A DNA stretch of 64,000 bases from an uncultured bacterium (GTDB lineage: Bacteria; Omnitrophota; Gorgyraeia; Zapsychrales; Aceulaceae): contig CALGLP010000010.1 in assembly GCA_937930175.1 (NCBI GenBank), positions 49,347 to 113,346 on the forward strand, given 5' to 3'. The notes under the pieces are model-generated. The model saw only the letters and a list, made by a program, of their open reading frames with translations, ran no database searches and was not told where the DNA came from. Shown in pieces: positions 1 through 9,095 of the stretch (positions are counted from its first letter, which is position 1; each line of letters opens with the position of its first letter). A program made the position numbers and the translations under genes.

Positions 1-351
1 AAGCTCAGCCACAAAACTCGCGCTTTCCCCTTCGAGCCCTTTACTGACCCTCTTCTGCCATTCTCTAAGCTCTTCGATGGAATAACAATTATCCAGCGAA
101 TACATTTTGACGCGATGCGAAACGGTCTCGGCTGAGGATTCAAGCTTGACCCCGACCCTCTGCGTCGGTGAATTGATATCAAAAAACTCAGGATAAGTTT
201 TCTCTAGATCAATAAGCTTCTTGAGCAAGTCATCATATTCTTTATCCGCGATCGACGGCTGGCTTAAAACATAATATCGATAATTATGCGCTTCAAGTGC
301 CTGGCGCAAATCGTCGATCATACTCTTGATTTCTTTTTGGTCTTTAGGCAT
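1..351 (-). CDS. ligA: NAD-dependent DNA ligase LigA, N-terminal part (gene continues beyond window start)
   Basis: The reverse-complement of 1..351 translates from an ATG (revcomp of 349-351) as MPKDQKEIKSMIDDLRQALEAHNYRYYVLSQPSIADKEYDDLLKKLIDLEKTYPEFF..., a typical LigA adenylation-domain N-terminus. There is no stop before the window edge. Confidence 0.7.
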   Translation of the reverse strand, partial: MPKDQKEIKSMIDDLRQALEAHNYRYYVLSQPSIADKEYDDLLKKLIDLEKTYPEFFDINSPTQRVGVKLESSAETVSHRVKMYSLDNCYSIEELREWQKRVSKGLEGESASFVAEL

Positions 352-354
352 AAA

Positions 355-1083
355 TTATTTTCCTAATGCTAACCGCGTTGCAAGCCTTGGCGGCAAACCT
401 GCTTTTAGAATTTTTTCCTGTGCACGATTGACATCATAGGCAACACGCTTAAGCTCAATCATTCTTTTCGTGGAATCAACAATACAATAGGATGCTTCAG
501 GGTGACCATCCCGCGGCTGCCCAACGCTACCAACGTTAACAATATAGCGATTCTTAAGTTCTACATTAACAACACCGCCATCATGCTCCCTCACTTCGCC
601 ATTTTCCGTTTCAATAAAAATTCTTGGGATGTGAGAGTGCCCAACAAAACATATGGCTCGGTCCATCAGCGCAAAGGTTTGTACCACCTGCGAGAAATTA
701 ACTAGATAATTAAATGCCTCTGGATCGTGCAAAGTCCCGTGGACCAGGATAAAATCTTCTAGGCGATCAACAAGCTTGAGACTCTTTAAAAATTCTTTGT
801 CAGTATCTACAATCTGCGCCAATGTCCACGCAATCGCTTCTTTCGCATGGTCATTAAATTTTTCTGTCACAATCTTCTCTGCCGCAGCCCAATCATGGTT
901 TCCAGCAACGCAACGCGCCTTCATCTTTCTTATATACGCAACGCACTCACAAGGATTTGCGCCATAGCCTACAATATCGCCACAACAAAAATACGCGTCA
1001 ATCTTCTCATCTTGATAAGCCTCGATCACCGCCTCAAAAGCTTCTAAATTGCTATGAATATCTGCAAAAATACCGTAGCGCAT
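355..1083 (-). CDS. calcineurin-like metallophosphoesterase (YfcE/MJ0936-like)
   Basis: ORF 355..1185 contains the GDIVGYG...GNHD metallophosphoesterase motifs. I placed the start at the internal Met (MRYGIFADIHSN) so the gene does not overlap the upstream acyP. Confidence 0.7.
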   Translation of the reverse strand: MRYGIFADIHSNLEAFEAVIEAYQDEKIDAYFCCGDIVGYGANPCECVAYIRKMKARCVAGNHDWAAAEKIVTEKFNDHAKEAIAWTLAQIVDTDKEFLKSLKLVDRLEDFILVHGTLHDPEAFNYLVNFSQVVQTFALMDRAICFVGHSHIPRIFIETENGEVREHDGGVVNVELKNRYIVNVGSVGQPRDGHPEASYCIVDSTKRMIELKRVAYDVNRAQEKILKAGLPPRLATRLALGK

Positions 1084-1090
1084 AGTTTTC

Positions 1091-1363
1091 TCATCCCATT
1101 CGAATCGCAAAATCCCGAAACTCTTGCCCTGCAGTACCAAAATGAACATCTTTTTTTGTGATATATTCCGCAAAATGATGGTCAAGATTTAGAATAAAAT
1201 TCTGAATTGTATCTTTTTGGCCTTCAACGAGGATTTCCACGCGGCCATCGGAGAGATTGCGAACCCACCCCGCAAGATGAAGCTCCTTGGCCTTACGCTG
1301 GGTGGTCAAGCGAAAGCCAACACCTTGAACAACTCCTGAATAAATAATATGGGCTTGAACCAT
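1091..1363 (-). CDS. acyP: acylphosphatase
   Basis: The 94-aa ORF carries the acylphosphatase signatures VQGVGFR and GWVRNLSDGRVE. I used the second Met as start because the first abuts the tRNA. Confidence 0.7.
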   Translation of the reverse strand: MVQAHIIYSGVVQGVGFRLTTQRKAKELHLAGWVRNLSDGRVEILVEGQKDTIQNFILNLDHHFAEYITKKDVHFGTAGQEFRDFAIRMG

Positions 1364-1376
1364 GTCTAAAGTCAAA

Positions 1377-1451
1377 TCGGGAAGGTGGGATTCGAACCCA
1401 CGACCTCAACGTCCCGAACGTTGCGCGCTAGCCAAGCTGCGCTACTTCCCG
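1377..1451 (-). tRNA. tRNA-Pro (anticodon CGG)
   Basis: The reverse complement is CGGGAAGTAGCGCAGCTTGGCTAGCGCGCAACGTTCGGGACGTTGAGGTCGTGGGTTCGAATCCCACCTTCCCGA. It has a 7-bp acceptor stem, D and T arms (GGTTCGAATCC), and an anticodon loop TTCGGGA. The 3' CCA is not encoded. Confidence 0.85.
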
Positions 1452-1550
1452 TGTTTTTCTATTATAAGAATTAACAAAAACAACTTTGCTACTGTAACAT
1501 TCTTAAAAATCTCAAGCAGTACAAGCTTCTAAACAACATCGAAAGTTGGC

Positions 1551-1985
1551 CTATATCTCCTTTGCAGAAAGGGCGATTTCAGCCTCGGCCACAGTCTTCC
1601 CTGCTACCGTTGCTTTAGCCTTTAAAAAACCTGTCTTGCCAACAAATTTAACGGTCTCAACCTCAATCTGCAGCTGATCGCCAGGCACAACGGGTGCAGA
1701 AAAGCGCGCGGTTGTTTTTCCCAGATAAAAGTGATAATTCTTGCCTTGAAGTTTCTGGCTATGATAAAAATAAACGCATCCGGCCTGCGCCATGGCTTCC
1801 AGGATCAAAACGCCTGGCATAATCTTTTGCGATGGAAAATGGCCTTCAAAATAATGTTCATTCGCGGAAACATTTTTGATCGCAACAAGCTTTTCGTTGG
1901 GGATGAGCTCAGTCACCCGGTCAATCAATAAAAAGGGAAATCGATGCGGAATAATTTCTTTGATTTCTTTAACCGTTAACTGCAT
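1551..1985 (-). CDS. fabZ: 3-hydroxyacyl-ACP dehydratase FabZ
   Basis: The 144-aa hotdog-fold protein has HFPSQKIMPGVLILEAMAQ and the conserved FabZ core. Confidence 0.9.
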   Translation of the reverse strand: MQLTVKEIKEIIPHRFPFLLIDRVTELIPNEKLVAIKNVSANEHYFEGHFPSQKIMPGVLILEAMAQAGCVYFYHSQKLQGKNYHFYLGKTTARFSAPVVPGDQLQIEVETVKFVGKTGFLKAKATVAGKTVAEAEIALSAKEI

Positions 1986-2002
1986 AGATGATCTCCTATC
2001 TG

Positions 2003-2752
2003 CTAGCGAATCGCTAAACCACCATCAATTTGAATAACTTGTCCCGTCAGATACTGCGCTTCCTTACTTAAAAGAAATATCACACAATCCGCAATCTCCT
2101 CTGGCTTTCCAATGCGCCCTAAGGGAATCATATCCTCAATTTTCTTTCGGTCTTCCGCTGAAAATCCATTTAGGATCTCTGTTTCAATAAATCCTGGCGC
2201 TATGCTATTGACGCGCACGCCATAGGCCGCGACTTCCTTAGCAAGCGCCTTGGAGAAGGCATCCACTCCGCCCTTGCTCGCGGAATAATTGACCTGGCGC
2301 GGCAACCCAATGAGGCCACTCACCGACGATATATTAATAATATCCCCTTTTTTCTGCTTTAAAAAAGTCACAATACATGAGCGACTTGCGTTAAAAACAC
2401 CGTGCAAGTTGATATCAATCACCCCATGCCACTCCTCAGGGCTCATGAGCATAAAAGCCTTATCGGCAATAATACCGGCATTGTTCACAAGGATATCAAG
2501 TCCGCCCAAACTCGCCTTGACTTCTTCAATCCATTTTTTTACAGCTGCAAAATCTTTAATATCAACACACGCGGCTTCACAACGCACACCACACGCCTTA
2601 ATTTCCTTTTGTAAGGCAATGGCTTGGTCTTTACTTTTTAAATAATTAAACGCGATATGGCAACCATGTCTTGCGAGACTTAAGGCAATCGCACGGCCAA
2701 TGCCACGGGAAGCACCTGTTACAACGGCAACTTTTCCTTTAATATCAATCAT
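2003..2752 (-). CDS. fabG: 3-oxoacyl-ACP reductase FabG (SDR)
   Basis: TGASRGIGRAIA Rossmann motif, an SDR catalytic region, and a 249-aa length. Confidence 0.9.
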   Translation of the reverse strand: MIDIKGKVAVVTGASRGIGRAIALSLARHGCHIAFNYLKSKDQAIALQKEIKACGVRCEAACVDIKDFAAVKKWIEEVKASLGGLDILVNNAGIIADKAFMLMSPEEWHGVIDINLHGVFNASRSCIVTFLKQKKGDIINISSVSGLIGLPRQVNYSASKGGVDAFSKALAKEVAAYGVRVNSIAPGFIETEILNGFSAEDRKKIEDMIPLGRIGKPEEIADCVIFLLSKEAQYLTGQVIQIDGGLAIR

Positions 2753-3990
2753 TATTTATATTTCCTTAGCACCATACAAGTATTACCACCACTTGGAGCT
2801 GTGGTGATCAAAAGAATATTCTTAACGTCAGCCTTTCGAGCTTTGTTGGGAACATAGTCCAGATCACAATCGGGATCTTTCGCTTGATAATTGATCGTTG
2901 GAAAAATAAAACCTTGGTTTAAGACCGCAAGGGACGCAGCCGCAGCAAAAGCACCCGAAACGCTAAAGCTCTCACCCACCATCGACTTAACAGCGCTCAC
3001 AGGAATGCTATGCGCTCGCTTACCAAACACCTCTTTGATCGCAAAGGTCTCAACACGATCAGCCGACGGAGTCGAATTGGCATTGGCACAGATATAATCA
3101 ATGTCATTGGCTATCATTTGAGCATCCTCAAGGGCCAAGCGCATCGCTTCGATCAAACCTGTTGCCCGCGGGTTATATTTATTAATCCTAAACGGATCAA
3201 ATCGCGTTCCAAAACCTATCACCTCACCTAAAATCTTGGCATCACGTTTTTGCGCATGGTCAAGTTCTTCCATGGCTAAAAGACACGCGCCTTCGCTCAA
3301 GAGAATGCCGTTTCGCCTTTTGTCAAATGGACAATTGATCACTTTTTGTCCCGGTGTTGAACCTGATAAAAACTTAAGCACATGAAAACCCAAAAATGTC
3401 TGCTCGCAAAGCTCTTCTACGCCTCCGGCAAAAACAAGTTTGACGCGATCAAGCTGAATAAAGTCATAGGCATATTTCATCGCATCAGTGCTTGCGGTAA
3501 ATCCTGTAGAAATCGTTGTATTAAATCCTTTAATGTTGTGCCAGATCGAGACTTGACTTGCCGGTGAATTGATCACCGTATTAGGAAAAAGGGCTGGATT
3601 GGTATACCGTGGGCCTTCGCGCAAGGTCACTTCATGAAAGTCGCCGATACTTTTGACACTCCCCAAAGTTGTCCCTACGGAAACGCCAAGATCGTCGGTA
3701 TTTTCTTCAGTAATGGTAAAACGACTATCATCAATCGCGAGCTTGGCTGCGGAAACTAAAAGCTTGGTGCTTCGATCCAGAGAGCGTAGGCCTTTTACGC
3801 CCATATAGGTCTTGGCATCAAAATCAGTAATTTCTCCAGCCACCTGAACATCAAACCTGGAGGCATCAAAAAGCGTCACCGGACGTGATCCAGATCGGCC
3901 TTCACGAAGGCCTTGCCAAAAGTCTTCACGACCCTTGCCGATGCTTGAAAGAATGCCTAAACCTGTGATCACGACACGTTTTTTCATCAT
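2752..3990 (-). CDS. fabF: beta-ketoacyl-ACP synthase II FabF
   Basis: The 412-aa protein has the thiolase-fold KAS N-terminus MKKRVVITGLGILSSIG. It is translationally coupled to fabG with no acpP between them. Confidence 0.9.
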   Translation of the reverse strand: MMKKRVVITGLGILSSIGKGREDFWQGLREGRSGSRPVTLFDASRFDVQVAGEITDFDAKTYMGVKGLRSLDRSTKLLVSAAKLAIDDSRFTITEENTDDLGVSVGTTLGSVKSIGDFHEVTLREGPRYTNPALFPNTVINSPASQVSIWHNIKGFNTTISTGFTASTDAMKYAYDFIQLDRVKLVFAGGVEELCEQTFLGFHVLKFLSGSTPGQKVINCPFDKRRNGILLSEGACLLAMEELDHAQKRDAKILGEVIGFGTRFDPFRINKYNPRATGLIEAMRLALEDAQMIANDIDYICANANSTPSADRVETFAIKEVFGKRAHSIPVSAVKSMVGESFSVSGAFAAAASLAVLNQGFIFPTINYQAKDPDCDLDYVPNKARKADVKNILLITTAPSGGNTCMVLRKYK

Positions 3991-4586
3991 ACGTTTCGCC
4001 CGCGGGCCGACAAAAGATATTTCGCTAATAAATCTGTCTCAATGTTGACTTCATCCCCATCTCGCTTTCGTCCTAGCGTCGTCACGTCAAGAGTATGAGG
4101 AATAATATAAATCGTAAAGACATTTTTCTTTACTTCGCCAATGGTCAGGCTGATACCATCCACGCACACCGACCCTTTGGGTGCCAAATAGCATGAAAGG
4201 TGTTTGGGAATCGCGATCTGGAACTCTTCATAATTAGGCTTTGAAACCCTTTTTTGGATAACCCCTACGCCATCAATATGTCCAGATACAAAATGTCCGC
4301 CAAGCCTATCATTAACGCGCAAAGCACCTTCAAGATTAACATCGCTTCCGACTTTCAAGAATTTGAGCGTTGTCTTGTCAATGGTTTCCTTCATGATATC
4401 AAAACTAACGATATTCTTCTTCATCTTGGTGATGGTCAAGCACGCCCCATCAACGGAAATGCTATCGCCAATCTTAACGCCTTTTAAAACCTTCTTGGCT
4501 TTGATCGATAAAATGAGCAAATTTTCTTTTTTCTCGATCTTCGCAACAACACCCTTTTCTTCCACAATGCCTGAAAACATTTTCAC
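3987..4586 (-). CDS. ribE: riboflavin synthase alpha subunit
   Basis: The N-terminus MFSGIVEEKGVV and the duplicated lumazine-binding halves at 199 aa fit riboflavin synthase. Confidence 0.85.
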   Translation of the reverse strand: MKMFSGIVEEKGVVAKIEKKENLLILSIKAKKVLKGVKIGDSISVDGACLTITKMKKNIVSFDIMKETIDKTTLKFLKVGSDVNLEGALRVNDRLGGHFVSGHIDGVGVIQKRVSKPNYEEFQIAIPKHLSCYLAPKGSVCVDGISLTIGEVKKNVFTIYIIPHTLDVTTLGRKRDGDEVNIETDLLAKYLLSARGRNV

Positions 4587-4596
4587 CCTTCCTAAG

Positions 4597-5691
4597 CTAT
4601 TTTAAATATCCTTCAATAAACATGTCCTCACCCAAAAGCTGAACATTAACTCTTTTTAACTGCAAAGCCTTGTTGATATCTTTAATGTTGAGCCCGTCAT
4701 ATGCGCTTAGGGCTTCTTGGTCGCCAATAATTTTTGGCGCCATAAAAATCCAGATCTTATCCGCAAAACCTTGGCTCAAAATCGCTTGAGCTGTACGGCT
4801 TCCCCCTTCGACCAAGACACTAGTAATCTCTTTGAGAGCTATTTGCTTAAAAAACCATTTTAGATCTATGCCCTTCTTGGTCGTCGGACAAAGAATAACA
4901 TCGATTCCCTTTGCCTTAAGCTGCGCTATCTTTGAACGACTCGCCTTTGCTATTGTTGCCACGATCACATGGCTTGGCAACGCATGCTTAAATACATTGG
5001 CGTTTAAAGAAATCCTCAAGCTCGGATCAAGAATAATTTTCTTTAATTTCTTTTGCTTGCTTGACCCATCAAGATACGGATTATCTTTTACGACAGTGTT
5101 GATGCCAACTAAAATCGCATCAAACTGATCCCGCAACCGATGGCTCAAAGCCCTTGTTTTTTGAGAGGTAATCCATTTTGAACTTCCAGTTGCTGTGGCG
5201 ACCTTTCCATCAAGGGTCTGAGCACATTTTATCACAATAAACGGCATTTGATGACGGATAAACTTAAAAAATGATTCGTTCATCTTTCGCAAATCGGATT
5301 CAAGAACGCCGACCCTTGTTTTGATCCCTGCCCGATTGAGGGCGCGAATGGATTTTCCATTATTCACCGGATTAGGATCCTTGGTTCCAACAACAACCTC
5401 CTTAATACCACTTTCAATAATAGCTTGGATGCACGGAGGCGTCCTGCCAAAATGCCCACAAGGTTCAAGCGTCACATAAAGCGTGGCGCCCTGGGCCCTC
5501 GCCTTAGCCTTTTTTAAGGCATCAACCTCAGCGTGATCGAGCCCACAGCGACGATGAAACCCCTGAGCAATAACCTGATTATTTTTAACAATCACCGCCC
5601 CGACCAAAGGATTGGGTGATGTCTGGCCTTGCGCTTTAAGCGCAAGCTGCATGGCCATGGCCATATATTTAGAATCATCTCGCGGATTCAT
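4597..5691 (-). CDS. ribD: bifunctional diaminohydroxyphosphoribosylaminopyrimidine deaminase / 5-amino-6-(5-phosphoribosylamino)uracil reductase RibD
   Basis: HAEVDAL...PCGHFGRTPPC zinc deaminase motif followed by a reductase domain; 364 aa. Confidence 0.9.
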   Translation of the reverse strand: MNPRDDSKYMAMAMQLALKAQGQTSPNPLVGAVIVKNNQVIAQGFHRRCGLDHAEVDALKKAKARAQGATLYVTLEPCGHFGRTPPCIQAIIESGIKEVVVGTKDPNPVNNGKSIRALNRAGIKTRVGVLESDLRKMNESFFKFIRHQMPFIVIKCAQTLDGKVATATGSSKWITSQKTRALSHRLRDQFDAILVGINTVVKDNPYLDGSSKQKKLKKIILDPSLRISLNANVFKHALPSHVIVATIAKASRSKIAQLKAKGIDVILCPTTKKGIDLKWFFKQIALKEITSVLVEGGSRTAQAILSQGFADKIWIFMAPKIIGDQEALSAYDGLNIKDINKALQLKRVNVQLLGEDMFIEGYLK

Positions 5692-6519
5692 TTATTTCTT
5701 TAAAGCCCTTAACTGTTCAACCAATTCATAAGGAATTTTCATTTTGCCAATATACGTATTCGTCTTGCCCTCCCCGTGGGCATCCGAGCCACCGGTCAAC
5801 GCCAAACCATGTTTCTTGGCGATATTGGCATAATATTCAATGACCGATGCTGGAGAATTGGGATAATACACTTCCATCCCCTGCAAACCTGCCTGGACTA
5901 AGCTTGGGATCAGTTCATCTCGTTGCGTAGCCATGGGATGCGCCAAGACAGCCACGCCGCCAGCCTGACGAATAAAGGCAATCGCTTCATAAGGTGTTTG
6001 CTGGTATTTCCCAACATACGCGCAAGCGCCTTCGCCTAAATATTTGTCAAAGGCCTGCCGCGTATCAGAAACCCATCCCTTTTGCTTCAAAATAATCGCC
6101 ACATGAAGACGGCCGACGGATTTGGACCGGCTTAACGCATAAATCTCCTCAGGGGCAATGTTATCAATACCCACACTTTTAAGTTTTTCAATGATCAGCT
6201 TGATGCGCTCCATGCGGACCTCTTGCATCTCAACAAGCTTGTGAAGAAAAAAATCATTCTGGCAGTCCATAAAATAGCCCAGGATGTGAATCTCCTGATT
6301 GCTGTACTCCGACGACAATTCAATGCCTTCAACGATCTCCAGATCCTTCCCAAGCGCAGCCTCTTTCACAGCCGGGACGCCTTCGACGGTATCATGATCC
6401 GTGATCGCCACGCAGGACAGCCCATTACGAATCGCTTCTTCAACTACATCGTTTGGCGATAGGCTACCGTCAGAATAATGCGTATGAATATGGAGATCAG
6501 CAAGCTTCGTCACAGGCAT
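5692..6519 (-). CDS. PHP-domain phosphoesterase (TrpH/YciV-like) embedded in rib operon
   Basis: LADLHIHTHYSDGS...ITDHDT PHP metal-binding motifs; 275 aa. Its stop is adjacent to the ribD start and its start is adjacent to the nusB stop. Confidence 0.7.
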   Translation of the reverse strand: MPVTKLADLHIHTHYSDGSLSPNDVVEEAIRNGLSCVAITDHDTVEGVPAVKEAALGKDLEIVEGIELSSEYSNQEIHILGYFMDCQNDFFLHKLVEMQEVRMERIKLIIEKLKSVGIDNIAPEEIYALSRSKSVGRLHVAIILKQKGWVSDTRQAFDKYLGEGACAYVGKYQQTPYEAIAFIRQAGGVAVLAHPMATQRDELIPSLVQAGLQGMEVYYPNSPASVIEYYANIAKKHGLALTGGSDAHGEGKTNTYIGKMKIPYELVEQLRALKK

Positions 6520-6948
6520 CTACTCTTTTTGAACCAAAATATCTGTTTTATGAATTTTGTCGAGAATGCCATTAACAAACTTGCCGGATTCAACATCTCC
6601 GTATTTCTTCGCAAGTTCAATCGCCTCATTAATGGTCACCTTGGAAGGAACATCCGGCATATAACAAAGCTCATAAATGCCGATGCGTAAAACATTGCGA
6701 TCAATCACCGCCATGCGGTCTAAGCGCCAATTGGCGGCATAACGAAAGATCAAATCGTTGATCTCTTTATATTTAATCTCAATACCAGCAATAATCTTAC
6801 GGGCAAAATCAATCACTTCCGCATCCTCGGTCTCAGCTTGGTCCGAGGCAAAAAATTCACCCGCGATGGCGCAGAGCGATTCATTGCGGATATCGGCTTG
6901 ATAAAGAACTTTCAAAACAAGTTCACGGGCTAATGTTCGTCGACGCAT
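6520..6948 (-). CDS. nusB: transcription antitermination factor NusB
   Basis: The 142-aa protein has the NusB-like helical fold and sits in the conserved rib-nusB context. Confidence 0.85.
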   Translation of the reverse strand: MRRRTLARELVLKVLYQADIRNESLCAIAGEFFASDQAETEDAEVIDFARKIIAGIEIKYKEINDLIFRYAANWRLDRMAVIDRNVLRIGIYELCYMPDVPSKVTINEAIELAKKYGDVESGKFVNGILDKIHKTDILVQKE

Positions 6949-6975
6949 AGGGAAAAAGACTCAAAGATCTTAAAA

Positions 6976-7452
6976 TTAGATTTTCTTAAACTTTGCGAGC
7001 ACATGAACCATTTCAATAGCTACGCGTGCAGCTTCACGCCCTTTATTGTTTTCACCTTTTTCTTCAGAGCGTTTGTAGGCCTGTTCCACATTTTTCGTGG
7101 TTAAAACGCCTAGGATCGCAGGCTTGCCAGTTGTCAGGGCGACCCGCTGGATACCGTCGCAGGTGCCTTGGGCCACAAAATCAAAATGCGCTGTTTCCCC
7201 TTTGATCACCGCTCCTAAGCAAATCACCGCATCAATATTTTTCTTTTTCGCAAGCTTCATGGCCGCAACCGGAATCTCCCATGCCCCAGGAACCCAGATC
7301 ACAACCATTTCAGATTTACGCACACCACATTTAGCAAGCTCATCAAGGCAACCACGCAAAAGCCTCAGGGTCACAAAATCATTAAATCGCGCAACAATAA
7401 CGCCAATCTTAAGTCCCTTGCCTCGAGCAATACCTTCGATAATCTTTGCCAT
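6976..7452 (-). CDS. ribH: 6,7-dimethyl-8-ribityllumazine synthase
   Basis: 158 aa, N-terminus MAKIIEGIARGKGLKIGVIVARFN. Confidence 0.9.
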   Translation of the reverse strand: MAKIIEGIARGKGLKIGVIVARFNDFVTLRLLRGCLDELAKCGVRKSEMVVIWVPGAWEIPVAAMKLAKKKNIDAVICLGAVIKGETAHFDFVAQGTCDGIQRVALTTGKPAILGVLTTKNVEQAYKRSEEKGENNKGREAARVAIEMVHVLAKFKKI

Positions 7453-7454
7453 AT

Positions 7455-8669
7455 TTAAAACCTCAACGATTCAAGAAAATGACCAAGCTTTTCTTTTTTC
7501 GTTTTCAAATAATTCTTATTACTCTCATTATGAGAAATGACGATCGGAACGCGTTCAACGACTTTAAGCCCGTAACCTTCAAGGCCGACGATCTTTTTGG
7601 GATTATTGGTCAAAAGGCGAATTTGTTCAACCCCCAAATCAACAAGGATCTGCGCGCCAATCCCATAGTCGCGCAAATCAGCGCCAAATCCTAAGGCCTC
7701 ATTGGCTTCCACGGTGTCCATGCCCTGGTCCTGAAGATTGTACGCCTTGATTTTATTAAGAAGGCCTATGCCTCGCCCTTCTTGACGCATATACAAAAGA
7801 ATGCCGCCATTATTTTTTTGGATTGCAGCCATCGATGCCTCAAGCTGATCACGACAATCACACCGCTTGGAACCAAAGACATCACCTGTCAGACACTCCG
7901 ACTGAACACGCACCAAAACAGGTTTTTGGCTATCAATCTCACCCATCACAAGGGCAACATGAACAAGCGAATCAACTCTCGAACTATACCCGAGCATGCG
8001 AAAATCACCATACGCCGTTGGAAGCTTGGCCTCGCTTAGCATCTCAACAAGCTTTTCCTTTTTGCGTCGGTACTCAATCAAGCTGTCAATGGTGCAAATC
8101 TTAAGATTATGCTTTTTTGCAAAAGCCTTAAGATCATCCGTGCGGGCCATGGTCCCATCCTCTTTCATGATCTCGCAAATCACGCCTGCGGGATAAAGCC
8201 CGGCAAGCTTCATCAGATCAACCGTGGCCTCCGTATGCCCTGCTCTGACGAGAACTCCACCCTTACGCGCTCGTAATGGAAAAAGATGTCCTGGGCGGAT
8301 CAAATCCTGCGGTTTTGTTGCAGGATCAATCAAAGCTTTAGCTGTAAACGCGCGATCGGCTGCGGAAATACCCGTTGTCGCATTCTTTTTTACATCAACA
8401 GAGATCGCCCATCCGGTATTTGCCTCATGATGCCACTCACTCCCCGAATAGATCATGGGCTGAAGCTTAAGCTCATCGAGCCGCTCCCCTTCCATGGGCA
8501 TACAAATAAGGCCCCTGGCCTCTCTAGCCATAAAATTAATATGCTCTGGTTTAACAAACTGGGCGGCCACAAGAAGATCGCCTTCGTTCTCACGACTCTC
8601 GTCATCGATCACGATAATGATCTTACCCTGCCTTAATTCCTCAAGAGATTCTTCAATCGAACGCATCAT
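7455..8669 (-). CDS. ribBA: bifunctional 3,4-dihydroxy-2-butanone-4-phosphate synthase / GTP cyclohydrolase II
   Basis: 404 aa with the RibB N-half ([11 protein letters not shown]) and the RibA C-half (CxxC...C zinc and cyclohydrolase motifs). An RBS AAGGAG lies upstream of the ATG. Confidence 0.9.
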   Translation of the reverse strand: MMRSIEESLEELRQGKIIIVIDDESRENEGDLLVAAQFVKPEHINFMAREARGLICMPMEGERLDELKLQPMIYSGSEWHHEANTGWAISVDVKKNATTGISAADRAFTAKALIDPATKPQDLIRPGHLFPLRARKGGVLVRAGHTEATVDLMKLAGLYPAGVICEIMKEDGTMARTDDLKAFAKKHNLKICTIDSLIEYRRKKEKLVEMLSEAKLPTAYGDFRMLGYSSRVDSLVHVALVMGEIDSQKPVLVRVQSECLTGDVFGSKRCDCRDQLEASMAAIQKNNGGILLYMRQEGRGIGLLNKIKAYNLQDQGMDTVEANEALGFGADLRDYGIGAQILVDLGVEQIRLLTNNPKKIVGLEGYGLKVVERVPIVISHNESNKNYLKTKKEKLGHFLESLRF

Positions 8670-8689
8670 AAAGCTCCTTTGATATATAC

Positions 8690-8910
8690 TTTTATTTAAT
8701 GAAGCCCCACGGACTAAAACCCACGGTACCTTTTATTTCTTCGGCGGAATCCGCCGAAGCTTTTACCCTGCTTCGCCAACATGCTTTCCTCTGAAACCAT
8801 ACAAAGCTTAAGTTCAGAGTTCGCCTTTGGCTTCGCAGGGTTATCCTCGCCATCTAACCTGGGACTAAGGTCCGAGGTTTTCTGGCGAAGGCGGATAAGA
8901 TTATCCCGAA
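8690..8910 (+). repeat. intergenic repeat element, short variant R1 (related to the elements at 18.3 kb, 44.9 kb and 55.7 kb)
   Basis: It shares colinear motifs with the other copies: cttcgcCaacaTgc, ggcttcgcagggttatcctcgcc and cgccatctaacct. It also shares a 5' module, gccccacggactaaaacccacggtaccttt, with the 55.7-kb copy. The element starts about 30 nt upstream of the ribBA start codon. Confidence 0.4.
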
Positions 8911-9095
8911 TTATAAATCTTTTCGCTTAAGAATTCAAGATGTTTAATGTTACCAAGGGCTTACGCTGCAGGCACCTTTAGCGACGTAATTTATCGAGAT
9001 TATCTAGCAATGGGCAAATATTCTTGCTGGCGATCTTGAAAACCCTAATAAACATAAGCAAAGACTGAAGGGACAAGAATCCTCCAATCCTGCCC

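Noticed and set aside
355-1185. Full-length 276-aa version of the metallophosphoesterase ORF and Met1 of acyP
   Set aside because: The N-terminal 34 codons overlap the acylphosphatase gene, and Met1 of acyP abuts the tRNA. Internal Mets give non-overlapping, conventional gene lengths.
8690-8760. T-box-like core (GGTACCGYG) in R1 and R2
   Set aside because: aaaggtaccgtggg and aaaggtaccacgac loosely resemble the T-box UGGNACCGCG. But there is no specifier-loop context, the downstream genes (ribBA, M20 peptidase) are not T-box targets, and the match is too short to mean anything.
8941-9000. tmRNA-like tag reading frame (gctgcagcgtaa)
   Set aside because: No tRNA-like 5' or 3' ends (GGGG...UUCGA...CCA) and no plausible tag peptide in any frame.
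8670-9095. FMN riboswitch (RFN element) expected upstream of ribBA
   Set aside because: I read the minus-strand leader for the conserved RFN cores (AGGGUGAAAUUCCC, CCGGCGGUA, AGCCGACAGU, GUCUGGAUG). Only a weak resemblance is present, at cagggtaaaagcttcggcggatt. There is not enough room or order for a full aptamer, and the region is instead occupied by the repeat element R1.
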